IMG/VR virus record: IMGVR_UViG_3300043409_000324
Coordinates: 1 to 57,917 of that record
DNA from: a virus
Taxonomy: Duplodnaviria; Caudoviricetes
Reading direction: 5' to 3' (one strand)
Length of the DNA stretch: 57,917 bases
This document shows, piece after piece, positions 38,706 through 47,973 of the stretch (its first letter is position 1; each line of letters starts with the position of its first letter). The notes beneath the pieces were generated by a model, which saw nothing but the letters and a program-made list of their open reading frames with translations, made no database searches and was not told the origin of the DNA. Made by a program: the position numbers and the translations under genes.

Positions 38706-38728
38706 AAAAAAAGGGAGCCAAAGCTCCC
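38706..38728 (-). terminator. intrinsic terminator between thyX and nrdA
   Basis: Minus strand GGGAGC-tttg-GCTCCC followed by T7. Confidence 0.7.
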
Positions 38729-38766
38729 AGAGGAAAGGTAGTTATACCTCAGATGGCTACTGCTTG

Positions 38767-39384
38767 CTATGCTGTAAACAGTGAAGGGAATAAGTTAGTT
38801 AGTACCCTCTTACATTCTTCTGCCACTTCACGATGTTCTTTCTGTGTTGCTTTGTCACAACGGATATCAACGTAGTGCATCCAGCTTCTCAGTGTACCAT
38901 TCATGTACATCCTACTGGTGGTCATACCTTCAGGTAACACCTTTCGTGCCACCTCCTTAGCTATACCCATGCCTAATGCAGCCTCATAGGACCGCCTAGA
39001 AGCCCTTAAAACATCCTGTTGTAGCTCCTGCCATACCCTCATCAGTTCACGGTCCTGTACGGGGATGGAGTTCTGTCTATTCTTATCGTCCTGCAGCCTT
39101 GCCTCACTAGTTTCATAGCGTGAGGAAATGGCATAGCGTTGTGAGAATTCTTGGAAGCTGAAGCTACGATGACGTAGGATTTGACGGGCAACGTCACGGG
39201 TAGTTTCAATTTCCATACAAACATTGACCATTTCAAATGGACTCCAGTGTTTGTTGTCCATCAAATACTTCAACAGCTTAGGTGCTGTCTCAGGATTGTC
39301 CTGATTCTCCGGGTTGCTCACCCTCGCCATGTAAGCTATCAGATGTTCCGCATTTGGTGTAGCCCATATCAACGTCACCCACAT
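38767..39384 (-). CDS. thyX: FAD-dependent thymidylate synthase
   Basis: HWSPFE and RQILRHRSFSFQEFSQRY ThyX signature; start re-called from GAAGGA RBS. Confidence 0.95.
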   Translation of the reverse strand: MWVTLIWATPNAEHLIAYMARVSNPENQDNPETAPKLLKYLMDNKHWSPFEMVNVCMEIETTRDVARQILRHRSFSFQEFSQRYAISSRYETSEARLQDDKNRQNSIPVQDRELMRVWQELQQDVLRASRRSYEAALGMGIAKEVARKVLPEGMTTSRMYMNGTLRSWMHYVDIRCDKATQKEHREVAEECKRVLTNLFPSLFTA

Positions 39385-39523
39385 ATTTATTTCCTTCTTC
39401 AATGCCGTTCTTAAGGGCTGTAATTATACCGAGGTTGAGCAGGATGTTACGCTCTTCCCAATTTAAATCGAAGTGATAGGTTGCACTACCATCATCGTGT
39501 TCTGCTAACAGTTCTACATTCAT
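39290..39523 (-). CDS. hypothetical protein
   Basis: 77 aa with EHDDGSA motif; overlaps thyX start. Confidence 0.55.
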   Translation of the reverse strand: MNVELLAEHDDGSATYHFDLNWEERNILLNLGIITALKNGIEEGNKYVGDVDMGYTKCGTSDSLHGEGEQPGESGQS

Positions 39524-39912
39524 TCCTTTTTCCTTTCTGCTTTCTCTTCTTCTGTCTTCACCTTATGGCATGGCTTACACAACACCTGAAGGTTTTCTAT
39601 CTCACAGAAGATACGATCAATAAACATATCCCAACTAACAAAGCCTTCTGTTGGTGATACTACAGGTAGTATGTGATCTACCTGTACATCAGCAGCAACA
39701 AACTGTTTCTTACATTTGGCACACTTGTAATGCATTGCCAACTTGCCTGTCTTCTTATTAGTCTTCCTGCCAACGAAGGCTTCTTTAAGAGCCTTGTATT
39801 TAGGAGGCCAACGCCTAGACGCAGCTCTCAGTGCTGAGGTGACAAAGCTTCTAAACCTAGAGTCTGTCCACTCACCACCATTTCTTTTCTTATCTACCAA
39901 TTTGTGTATCAA
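39520..39912 (-). CDS. HNH endonuclease
   Basis: CAKC...VDHI.P...NLQVLCKPCH..K. Confidence 0.88.
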   Translation of the reverse strand: MIHKLVDKKRNGGEWTDSRFRSFVTSALRAASRRWPPKYKALKEAFVGRKTNKKTGKLAMHYKCAKCKKQFVAADVQVDHILPVVSPTEGFVSWDMFIDRIFCEIENLQVLCKPCHKVKTEEEKAERKKE

Positions 39913-40090
39913 CTAAATGCGACATGTCAGCAGCATCGTAATGCACAAATAAATCTCTAGCAATTAATAAAGCTTCGTCAACATCTAAAGCAACAAACTC
40001 AGTTTGATACTTATCAAATTCATCCTCAATTACATGTTCAACAACATAGCCATTACTGGCTTCTCGAATTGTTACAGAGTTAACTTTCAT
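39890..40090 (-). CDS. hypothetical protein
   Basis: 66 aa, coupled to neighbours. Confidence 0.55.
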   Translation of the reverse strand: MKVNSVTIREASNGYVVEHVIEDEFDKYQTEFVALDVDEALLIARDLFVHYDAADMSHLVDTQIGR

Positions 40091-40263
40091 TCTAGTCCTT
40101 CCACATCCACATGACGAAAGATAATCTCATGTGCATCCATTCTTTCCAATGAGGCTGTTAGGTTCTCAATGAGTACCTCGCTCAACACTTCTTCATTCAG
40201 ATAGACATTAGGCAGGTCTTCTGGTTTAAAGAATACTTTTAAACTAATGTCTACAGCAATCAT
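40087..40263 (-). CDS. hypothetical protein
   Basis: Not in ORF track. 58 aa MIAVDISLKV...DVEGLE with ATGA overlaps at both ends. Confidence 0.6.
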   Translation of the reverse strand: MIAVDISLKVFFKPEDLPNVYLNEEVLSEVLIENLTASLERMDAHEIIFRHVDVEGLE

Positions 40264-40523
40264 AATTTTTCCAGTCTTTCTTCTACAAGTCTAGCATACC
40301 CAATGATGTCATGCCATGAGTCATGATACCAAGGATCACCATTAACAATGCGAGAGATTTTATTACAGATGAGATCAAGGCTTTCCTTCATATCATCATC
40401 CATCTCTTTCCATTCAGCACCAGACCTAACAGATTCTTTTAAAGCTTGTGAAACTCTAGAGACATCTTCTTTGTAGTTGCCATACCTAACACCTCGTTGT
40501 ATTAATGTATCATCTATGTTCAT
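40260..40523 (-). CDS. DUF6378-like protein
   Basis: RG..YG...KISRI..GD...DSWHDIIGYA; family name recalled from memory. Confidence 0.7.
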   Translation of the reverse strand: MNIDDTLIQRGVRYGNYKEDVSRVSQALKESVRSGAEWKEMDDDMKESLDLICNKISRIVNGDPWYHDSWHDIIGYARLVEERLEKL

Positions 40524-40858
40524 TGAATGCCTCCAATTGTTTTGGTGTTAATGGTGAAGCTGCCATCGCCAAAGCTATCATGATCTGCATTGTAAGAGAA
40601 GTCACCAACATCAGCAAACATCTTACCGCAATACTCAACAAGCTTATTAGCAAGCTCCTCATCTTCTTCCATGTGTTGAATGGTTGCTGCTAATATCGTA
40701 GCCATACCAATCAGGTTATTCACATCGTCTTCACTGATAGTGAGTGGACCAAAGCCACTGACTAACACTTGAAAGTTGTTTGTATATTTCCCATCCACAA
40801 TAGTAGGACGGAGGATTAGTGCAATGTCATTTGGCTTTAAGCTTGTGGAGGATTCCAT
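40520..40858 (-). CDS. hypothetical protein
   Basis: 112 aa, GAAGGA RBS. Confidence 0.6.
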   Translation of the reverse strand: MESSTSLKPNDIALILRPTIVDGKYTNNFQVLVSGFGPLTISEDDVNNLIGMATILAATIQHMEEDEELANKLVEYCGKMFADVGDFSYNADHDSFGDGSFTINTKTIGGIQ

Positions 40859-41538
40859 ATTTGTCCTTCATATCTTCGTAGAAAAAGAAGCCGAGCATTC
40901 TCTAAGACACGCTCAGCATTATCCTCATAAGCTTCCAACACTTTGTTGTATAGCTCAAGTTCATCTGTTGTGTCCCCAATTATCTTGGCTGCTTTCACTG
41001 GGCCAATACGGAACAATCCTTTGATGTTATCAGCAGCATCACCTGTCAGCATCTGCGTATACAGCTTAACCAAACCCTCTTCTGGTTTGATGTAGTAGCC
41101 TATACGCTTAACAAAGTTGTAATGCCAACCAACAATCTGATCTAAGTCTTTGTCTAAAGACACAATGACACAGTTGTCACCAAGCTTTGTAGCTTCAATG
41201 GCAATGGTGTCATCAGCTTCTTCACCCTCAGATATAGAAGCATTCCATTCCTTTACTAGATGGCTTCTAAGGAAAGCTAAGTGCTTTGGCTTAGGCTTGT
41301 CCACTCTGTTACCCTTGTAAGGCACAGTGGTAGCTATCTCATATCGGAAGTTGTTCTTACCTGTGAGGTGCATGCTCCAACTATCCACGAAGCAATCAGG
41401 ATAGATGTTATCAACACCGCACATGAGGACATCAACAATTAAACGATCCAGTGTTCGCTGTGCTGTTGCTTCGTCTTCGTCCTCACATGCAGATGCTGCC
41501 CGATAAGCGAAGATATCGCTATCGAACAGAGCTTTCAT
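40837..41538 (-). CDS. 5'-3' exonuclease (T7 gp6-like)
   Basis: FDSD, YKGNR, EADD, DKDL, GD.ADNI.G..IGPVKA motifs. Confidence 0.92.
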   Translation of the reverse strand: MKALFDSDIFAYRAASACEDEDEATAQRTLDRLIVDVLMCGVDNIYPDCFVDSWSMHLTGKNNFRYEIATTVPYKGNRVDKPKPKHLAFLRSHLVKEWNASISEGEEADDTIAIEATKLGDNCVIVSLDKDLDQIVGWHYNFVKRIGYYIKPEEGLVKLYTQMLTGDAADNIKGLFRIGPVKAAKIIGDTTDELELYNKVLEAYEDNAERVLENARLLFLRRYEGQIWNPPQA

Positions 41539-41958
41539 TTACAGAACATCCTCATCGTCTGCACTGATGCCACTGGCTGCAGAGTATTCAATCAAGTCAG
41601 TGACAACCAGCTTCTTCAATGAAGGGCTAACACCTTTCTTGTTCTTGTATGTCCAAGAGTATGAAGACACCAAGGCTTTGGCTTTGCTGCCATTACCAAT
41701 TGCTTCAGTAATCTCATCGTTGTCAATGTCATAGACACGCATAGGCTTCTCTGATTTGCAAGTGATGTACCTGCCCATATCAGACTTCTTATCTTCACCA
41801 GTCTGAACACTGATGCCCATCTCTTCCAATGCTTCAACAGCAGCATCAGACAAGTTGCACAAGTTCAACTGAAACTTACCAGACATCTCATTAATCTTAG
41901 TGTGCTGACACCAGAACAAATCAGCCTTAAGCTTAATCGCTTTCTTTTCTTCACTCAT
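41539..41958 (-). CDS. single-stranded DNA-binding protein (gp2.5-like)
   Basis: Between polymerase and exonuclease; IGNGS motif, acidic C-terminal tail. Confidence 0.7.
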   Translation of the reverse strand: MSEEKKAIKLKADLFWCQHTKINEMSGKFQLNLCNLSDAAVEALEEMGISVQTGEDKKSDMGRYITCKSEKPMRVYDIDNDEITEAIGNGSKAKALVSSYSWTYKNKKGVSPSLKKLVVTDLIEYSAASGISADDEDVL

Positions 41959-41991
41959 AATATTCTCCAATATAAAAACCCACCTCTATCG

Positions 41992-43707
41992 TTAGTGGCA
42001 CTCACGCCAGTTGTTACCAACTTTTCCTTCGGCATCAACTGGACAACGGAAACCTAAAGCCTCACCTGCCTTGGTTGCTGCTTGCTCTATGAGCCTAGCT
42101 GCTTCCTCTGCCTGATCTTCCTTAACTTCCCACTGTGTTTCGTCATGAACAAACGCTAACAGTTTAGCATTTATTCCCCTCTCTTGCAACAGCTTTGTTG
42201 ATTCAATAAGCCACTGCTTAGCCACAATAGCACCTGCACTTTGCAGCAATGTGTTCAAAGCAGCATGCTCAGATCTAACCCACACTCTCCTACCATCCAG
42301 TGCAGGGAGATGACCCTTAGCCATCAGTCTAGATATCTTCTTCTTCAAGGCAGAAAGGCCGGGTGTGTTATTGATAAAACTATCAATAAGTTTCTTGCCT
42401 TTGCTACTGTTACCACCAACAATCGATCCTGCCTTAGCAGCACCTGCTCCATACAGCACACCATATGTCAGAGTCTTGGTAACATTCCTAGCCTTCTTAT
42501 GCTCAGGGTTGTTATCGTCCTTCACAGTGCCTTTGTCAACTAAGCCAAAGCTCTGTGCATTAAACCAGTGGATGTCTCCTTTAAGCAACTCATCCATCCA
42601 CTCTTGGTCATTTAAGTAGTGACCTAAGCAGCGAAGCTCAATACCTGATAGGTCTACACCCACCTGCTTATACCCCTTAGGCACTGTCCATACCTCTCTG
42701 CACTCAGCACCATATGGACCACCCACTGCAGGGATCTGTGCCATGTTAGGACTGCTGTGTGTGGCTCTGCCAGTGACAGCACCATTGGTAGTGACTCTGC
42801 CATGCACCCTACCATCATCGGCTACCAGTTCAAGCCAACTGCTGATCTGAGCCACACGCTTTTGAATCATTAAGTATTCAGCTACAAGCTTTGCTTCAGG
42901 CAAGTCAATCTTCTCAAGTACAGCTTCATCCACAATGACATTGCCTTTGTCTGTCTTCTTTGTAAACACCACACCAAGCCCCGCCAATCGCTCAGCAATC
43001 TGCTGCCTACTACCTGAATTAAAAATGGTAATCTTATCTTTCAGTTGCTTGCCTGTCTTCTCAGAGATGCGTTGCTCTACGATGGGAGGGAACACTTTCT
43101 GCATGCTCTCTTCAATGTCAGACATGCGTCCACTCAGTGTGGCATGTAACACCATAGCCTTAGGCATATCAAGCATGAAGCCATTGTCTTCCATGCCTCG
43201 GCAGATCAGTGCCACCTCATGCTCAAGCTGTATGCTTTGTAGGGAAAACCCTTCTCTTATCATGGTTGTTGTCAGAAACTCATACAGTTTTCTGACAAGT
43301 TGAACATCCTGCTCACAATAGGTAGCCATCTCTTGTGTCCACCCACCATCGAAGTCAGTGAAGCCAATCTTGTAGCTACCTAATCGGTAGCCCCATGCCT
43401 CTAAGCTGTGAGGGGTGGGTGCTTTACCTTCTTTAGGGAGTACCACCTCAATGTCAGGTTTGTACAGCCGTGACATCACCAGTGTATCCACTAGCATGTT
43501 GGCAGGAATGCCAACACCCCATACCTTATTTAGTATGGGAGCATCAAAGCCAATGATGTTGTGGCCCACCACTTGCTCACCCTCTAAGTATTGCTGCAAG
43601 CTGTCGGCTTCCCGCCAGTGCCTCACCTCACCAGTAACGCTGTGCTTAGTAACACACAACCATATGGTGTCATGTTTCAGGTTTGTCTCTATGTCTAAGA
43701 AGATCAT
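41992..43707 (-). CDS. DNA polymerase family A with 3'-5' exonuclease
   Basis: DIET, HN..GFD, YCEQDV; DLSGIELR, K...YG..YG and VHDE motifs. Confidence 0.96.
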   Translation of the reverse strand: MIFLDIETNLKHDTIWLCVTKHSVTGEVRHWREADSLQQYLEGEQVVGHNIIGFDAPILNKVWGVGIPANMLVDTLVMSRLYKPDIEVVLPKEGKAPTPHSLEAWGYRLGSYKIGFTDFDGGWTQEMATYCEQDVQLVRKLYEFLTTTMIREGFSLQSIQLEHEVALICRGMEDNGFMLDMPKAMVLHATLSGRMSDIEESMQKVFPPIVEQRISEKTGKQLKDKITIFNSGSRQQIAERLAGLGVVFTKKTDKGNVIVDEAVLEKIDLPEAKLVAEYLMIQKRVAQISSWLELVADDGRVHGRVTTNGAVTGRATHSSPNMAQIPAVGGPYGAECREVWTVPKGYKQVGVDLSGIELRCLGHYLNDQEWMDELLKGDIHWFNAQSFGLVDKGTVKDDNNPEHKKARNVTKTLTYGVLYGAGAAKAGSIVGGNSSKGKKLIDSFINNTPGLSALKKKISRLMAKGHLPALDGRRVWVRSEHAALNTLLQSAGAIVAKQWLIESTKLLQERGINAKLLAFVHDETQWEVKEDQAEEAARLIEQAATKAGEALGFRCPVDAEGKVGNNWRECH

Positions 43708-43870
43708 CGTCCTTGTCCTTATCATTTTGTTGGAGATTGTTAACTTTCTCCGACTGTTTGTAATCTTCTAATGAGTCTCTACCAAAGATGGCATTCCATC
43801 TTGATGCCCACTCTTCATCAGCTATTGACTTGGGACGCTGAGCATGTCCCTTTCCACCGTCACTCGTCAT
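43670..43870 (-). CDS. hypothetical protein (GGKG..RP...W..IF family)
   Basis: 66 aa. Confidence 0.55.
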   Translation of the reverse strand: MTSDGGKGHAQRPKSIADEEWASRWNAIFGRDSLEDYKQSEKVNNLQQNDKDKDDDLLRHRDKPET

Positions 43871-44090
43871 ATCTTTGCCACACCAGTACAGGCGTGTCCT
43901 CTCCTATGTAAGCACCCTCAATGTTGAAGACAATGTATTCATTTGCTTCCTCTTCAGACATACCATCCCTATCCATAAACACTTTGATTATTAGATCAGC
44001 ATCATAGACTAAGACCTCCACTCTCTTGTTGCCTTTCCATACGGAAGCTTGTCCTAGTATGGCATCGTCAAGGCCATCCCACTGTTTCAT
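43860..44090 (-). CDS. conserved hypothetical protein
   Basis: DGLDDAILG...DGMSEEEA.EY..FNIEGAYIGE.TP. Confidence 0.7.
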   Translation of the reverse strand: MKQWDGLDDAILGQASVWKGNKRVEVLVYDADLIIKVFMDRDGMSEEEANEYIVFNIEGAYIGEDTPVLVWQRYDE

Positions 44091-45700
44091 AACATCATCC
44101 TTTCTATAGTGTCATCAATCTCAAACATTCTGCCAGTGTCTTTGTTATAAAGCAAGCTGCAAGCAGGACCAGTTTGTCCACTGTATCTGTTCTTTAACAC
44201 CCTCACCTTGGTGGTGTTACGCTCAATGGGATCGTCAGCCTGACCGTTCCTCTCAAGAGACACCACCATGTCACTAAGCTGTGCAATGGCTGCACTACCC
44301 CTTAGCTGAGCTAAGCTAGTGGCTGCACCTTCTTCATGTCCCTTGTCTGATGGACGCTTGAGGTGGCTAACAATGATGAGAGCAATGTTAGTTTCCTGCA
44401 CAAGCATGCGAAGCTTGGTCATGATTTCATCAATGGCTTTGCGTTCATCACCATTGTCCTGACTGGATACGATGATGCTGAGGTGGTCTAGGAATACATA
44501 CTTACAGCCTAGTCCCTTAGCCATATACTTCACACGATTGACAATGTTCTCAATGGCTGTGCTGCCGAAGTGGTCAAAGAAGTACAAACGTCCAGTGCCT
44601 AGAGTCTTCTCGAATGCGTCCTTGCGTACAGCATCAGACACCATAGATGTAGGCAGGTGCAGGGGTGTGTCAGCAGCAAGGCTCATCATGGATAGGCTAG
44701 TCTTACGCACACTCTCTTCAAGAAACATTAAGCCAATGCTGTCATCACAGTTCTGCAACAGATGCCAAACTATTTCCCTTAGGGTTTGACTCTTACCTAG
44801 TCCACTACCTGCTGTGAATGTAACCAGTTCACCTGCTCTGATGCCATAGGTAATATCATTCAACCCCTTCCAAGGATAGAAACAGTCTGCTGCCTCCATT
44901 GGTTTAGACACTAGCTCCCACAACCCAGTGCCACTAACAATACCATCAGGTATGAATGGCTCTGCTGCCCACCAACGGGATACGAATGCAGCCTCCTTGC
45001 TTTCAGCAAGCCACTCACATGCATCCTTGTATGAGGGATCAGGTTTAAATATCTTGCACTTGCTGCCAAACAATTCAGCAACTTCCTTTGCTGCCTTCTG
45101 CCCTGCCTCATCACCATCAAAGCACAGCACCACAGTTTCAAAGCTGTTGATGTATTCGTAGTTGGCTTTGGCATCCTTCAATGCACTACCTGCACCTGTG
45201 CGTATAGACACCACAGGATATTTACTGCCTGTCAATTGGTATGCAGCCAGTGCATCAAACTCACCCTCAGTGATGGTGAGATACTTACCATTGGATGGGT
45301 ATAGGTTCTGTCCAAACAATGTACCCTTGCTCCACCCACCCACTGTCGTAAACTTCTTATCCTTCACCTCTCTACGCTTAGCTGCCACCAGTTGTGAGTT
45401 GCTGTCGTAATAGGGGAAGTAGTAATAACCACCACTGCGAACAACCCCATAGCGTTCCATCGTGGCTTTGTTAATGCGTCTGTCTGATACAGACACACTA
45501 ACACCTTCGTTGTAGTCTTTAAAGAAAGAACTTGTGTCTTTCGTTTCTGTATCAACATCAATCACTTCAAGTCTTTCTTTGTTCATTGAGGGAATGTATG
45601 TGTTACATACAAAACATTTGGTGGACATGTCATCGTTGATGGACAAGCCATCACTACTGCCACATGTCTCACAAGGTAGGTGGGTTTTTAAGAATGTCAT
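44087..45700 (-). CDS. primase-helicase (T7 gp4-like)
   Basis: Zn finger CETC/CFVC, TOPRIM EGEFD/FDGD, Walker A AGSGLGKS, LDHL and LRGS motifs. Confidence 0.96.
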   Translation of the reverse strand: MTFLKTHLPCETCGSSDGLSINDDMSTKCFVCNTYIPSMNKERLEVIDVDTETKDTSSFFKDYNEGVSVSVSDRRINKATMERYGVVRSGGYYYFPYYDSNSQLVAAKRREVKDKKFTTVGGWSKGTLFGQNLYPSNGKYLTITEGEFDALAAYQLTGSKYPVVSIRTGAGSALKDAKANYEYINSFETVVLCFDGDEAGQKAAKEVAELFGSKCKIFKPDPSYKDACEWLAESKEAAFVSRWWAAEPFIPDGIVSGTGLWELVSKPMEAADCFYPWKGLNDITYGIRAGELVTFTAGSGLGKSQTLREIVWHLLQNCDDSIGLMFLEESVRKTSLSMMSLAADTPLHLPTSMVSDAVRKDAFEKTLGTGRLYFFDHFGSTAIENIVNRVKYMAKGLGCKYVFLDHLSIIVSSQDNGDERKAIDEIMTKLRMLVQETNIALIIVSHLKRPSDKGHEEGAATSLAQLRGSAAIAQLSDMVVSLERNGQADDPIERNTTKVRVLKNRYSGQTGPACSLLYNKDTGRMFEIDDTIERMML

Positions 45701-45923
45701 AGCCCTTGTAAGTTACTTTGTTAGTCTTTAATACTTGTTCGTATCCGCTAAATAGCTTGGTCATTCTAGCATCGTGAAGACTATGGAGTCCAATTAATAA
45801 ATTGGCAAGCTCATCTTCTGTTGTATGTTTCTCTCTGTCCATTAACACCCACAAGATGGAGTCAATGTCCTCCTTAGTTATCCATGCTGCCATGATGAGA
45901 TCTTCTAGTTCATGTAGTTTCAT
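45669..45923 (-). CDS. hypothetical protein
   Basis: 84 aa with AGGA RBS. Confidence 0.6.
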   Translation of the reverse strand: MKLHELEDLIMAAWITKEDIDSILWVLMDREKHTTEDELANLLIGLHSLHDARMTKLFSGYEQVLKTNKVTYKGYDILKNPPTL

Positions 45924-46249
45924 TTGAGTCCTTTTAAAATCTGCTTACCAAGATTGCTAAGCTTTTCAACTTCGTTGAAGTCATCAGGCTGTACCTCCTG
46001 ACCTAATCGCTGCACTTCATACATAGCGTGTTCACGTAAGGCTTGTCCCCTTGCTCGGATGGCTTCTGCAATAACTGTTGATGGATGAAACCAACCTACT
46101 GCCCACTCATCTGCAATCCTTGCACACGCCTCACGCTCCAAGCGAATGGCAGCTTTGATGGCATTAGCTTCCCAGTTATAGGGCTGTCCCTTCATAGAGT
46201 TCTCACGTTCAATGCGAGCAAACTCATCGTCTTCATCTGTATGTATCAT
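45920..46249 (-). CDS. hypothetical protein (EREACA...AIRARG family)
   Basis: 109 aa. Confidence 0.65.
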   Translation of the reverse strand: MIHTDEDDEFARIERENSMKGQPYNWEANAIKAAIRLEREACARIADEWAVGWFHPSTVIAEAIRARGQALREHAMYEVQRLGQEVQPDDFNEVEKLSNLGKQILKGLK

Positions 46250-46392
46250 TTTACTGCCTCCATATACAAACCCACATTACCCAGTGCATAACCAACAAAG
46301 GCTATGCCTAGCCCAGTGTTCCCTTTGAATAGCAGATCCACTGCCACCACTGTATACACCACCCCAACAATTGCAATAAGCCATGCACTCAT
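46246..46392 (-). CDS. small two-TM membrane protein
   Basis: Not in ORF track. 48 aa MSAWLIAIVGVVYTVVAVDLLFKGNTGLGIAFVGYALGNVGLYMEAVK, coupled at both ends. Confidence 0.65.
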   Translation of the reverse strand: MSAWLIAIVGVVYTVVAVDLLFKGNTGLGIAFVGYALGNVGLYMEAVK

Positions 46393-46655
46393 GATTGCAC
46401 CTTAAACTCTTGAAGCACTCTTATAGTTGCTTTAATAAGTTCCATATCTTGAGTTGGCTCAGGCACATTACTTTCCCACCTCAGCAGGAATTCCAATTCA
46501 TCTACGATGATGGCTTCAATTTCATCTCTTGTCATTTGTTTCTCCTCTTTCATTAGTCGAACATATTGATCTGTCTTAGTGCAATAGCTTCTTATCCAAG
46601 CCTTGTCACTGTCACGTTCATACACTTCATTACAGTGTACACATCTGTACTTCAT
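46389..46655 (-). CDS. hypothetical protein with N-terminal CxxC
   Basis: 88 aa; an internal RBS and ATG suggest a possible fused pair. Confidence 0.55.
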   Translation of the reverse strand: MKYRCVHCNEVYERDSDKAWIRSYCTKTDQYVRLMKEEKQMTRDEIEAIIVDELEFLLRWESNVPEPTQDMELIKATIRVLQEFKVQS

Positions 46656-47752
46656 ACCAGTCCCCTCATTTCCTGTGTCACTGTTGCACTACGCAAAGTG
46701 TTCTTGATGTAGGGTGTTAGGCTCTGCGGTGTGGCATGGCCTGACACTGACATGATGTTGGTGATGGGTACACCCACCTCAATCATCTCTGTGATGGCTG
46801 TCCTTCTCAAGTCCTGCAACACTAGGTCACTAGGCAAAGCAGCATCAGCTAAGATTTGCTTAGCCACTCTAGACAAGTTGAACAAGCTGTAAGGAACCAG
46901 CCCACCCTTCCTATCAGGAACATTAGAGGGTGCAATGTATTGCTGCCAACCAAACTCAGCATGCTGTTGTCTCAGCATAGTTAGTAGCCCAGTGCTTGTG
47001 GGAATGGTCACCCTAGACCTACGCTTGCTTTGTTCCAAGTGCAACACACCCTTCTCTAGGTCAACCTGATCCCACTTAAGCTTACGCATATCCCCCATAC
47101 GCTGTCCATATTCATAGCCCATCTGCACTATGAGTCCCACATTACGCCACTTGAATGTGGAGTAGGCAGTGTTCATGAATGCTCTCACATCTTCTCTGCT
47201 CCACACAGTTCTGCGAGGCTTGTCTGCCCTTCGTAGCACCTTGCTGAATGGATTGTGTGTGATGTAGCCATGACGAATAGCGAAGTTAAAGAGCAGTCTA
47301 TAGACAGCTAGAGTGTGGTTAGCTAAGCTAACACTGTGCTCAGCATGTTGTTCATATATCTTCTGACAATGTGGTGTGACTAAGCTTCCAAGCTTACACT
47401 GATACAGTGTCACTCCATTGGCCTTGCTGTCCTGCCACCCCTGTAGGTAGTAGATGTAGTCACGCTGTGCTTTAGCACTGAGCTTAGTGTAGGTGATGTT
47501 GTTCTTGTATGCCTTAACTAGATCAGCCACCTTCGTATTCACAGAGATATCTTTAAGATATCTAAGTTCTTTACGCCAGTTGTCTAGCTTAGCATTCAAC
47601 TCCTCAGCCAAAGCAAAGGCTTTGTCTTTGTTAGTGCCGAGCATAGTGCGTTCAACAACACCCGCATCCACTGCATCCTGAGGTGGGTTGTAGCGGTACT
47701 TGATGACACCTTCGGTGGCCTTAGCTAGTGTCACATAGCGAGGGAGATTCAT
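46652..47752 (-). CDS. tyrosine recombinase/integrase
   Basis: GQRMGD, QSK, QDLRRT (His replaced by Gln), SGH, and terminal catalytic Y. Confidence 0.88.
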   Translation of the reverse strand: MNLPRYVTLAKATEGVIKYRYNPPQDAVDAGVVERTMLGTNKDKAFALAEELNAKLDNWRKELRYLKDISVNTKVADLVKAYKNNITYTKLSAKAQRDYIYYLQGWQDSKANGVTLYQCKLGSLVTPHCQKIYEQHAEHSVSLANHTLAVYRLLFNFAIRHGYITHNPFSKVLRRADKPRRTVWSREDVRAFMNTAYSTFKWRNVGLIVQMGYEYGQRMGDMRKLKWDQVDLEKGVLHLEQSKRRSRVTIPTSTGLLTMLRQQHAEFGWQQYIAPSNVPDRKGGLVPYSLFNLSRVAKQILADAALPSDLVLQDLRRTAITEMIEVGVPITNIMSVSGHATPQSLTPYIKNTLRSATVTQEMRGLV

Positions 47753-47973
47753 TCTTGTTCCCTTGCCTTCATCATCTGTTCAGCAAACCAATAGGCTCTG
47801 CTTGCCACTTCAGCATGTGGAATGTTATATGCACTGGTCATCAGTATAGCCATAGCCTTAGCTGCGAAGTAGTCACGCAGGGTCATGCCATCTTTGAATT
47901 GATCGGGGAATGCTGATTGCATGTTGTTGCTCTCCATGTAATTTCCTGCTGTTGTAAATTTTAAATCATTCAT
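47749..47973 (-). CDS. conserved phage protein (GMTLRDYFAAKAM family)
   Basis: Motif recognised directly. Confidence 0.75.
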   Translation of the reverse strand: MNDLKFTTAGNYMESNNMQSAFPDQFKDGMTLRDYFAAKAMAILMTSAYNIPHAEVASRAYWFAEQMMKAREQE

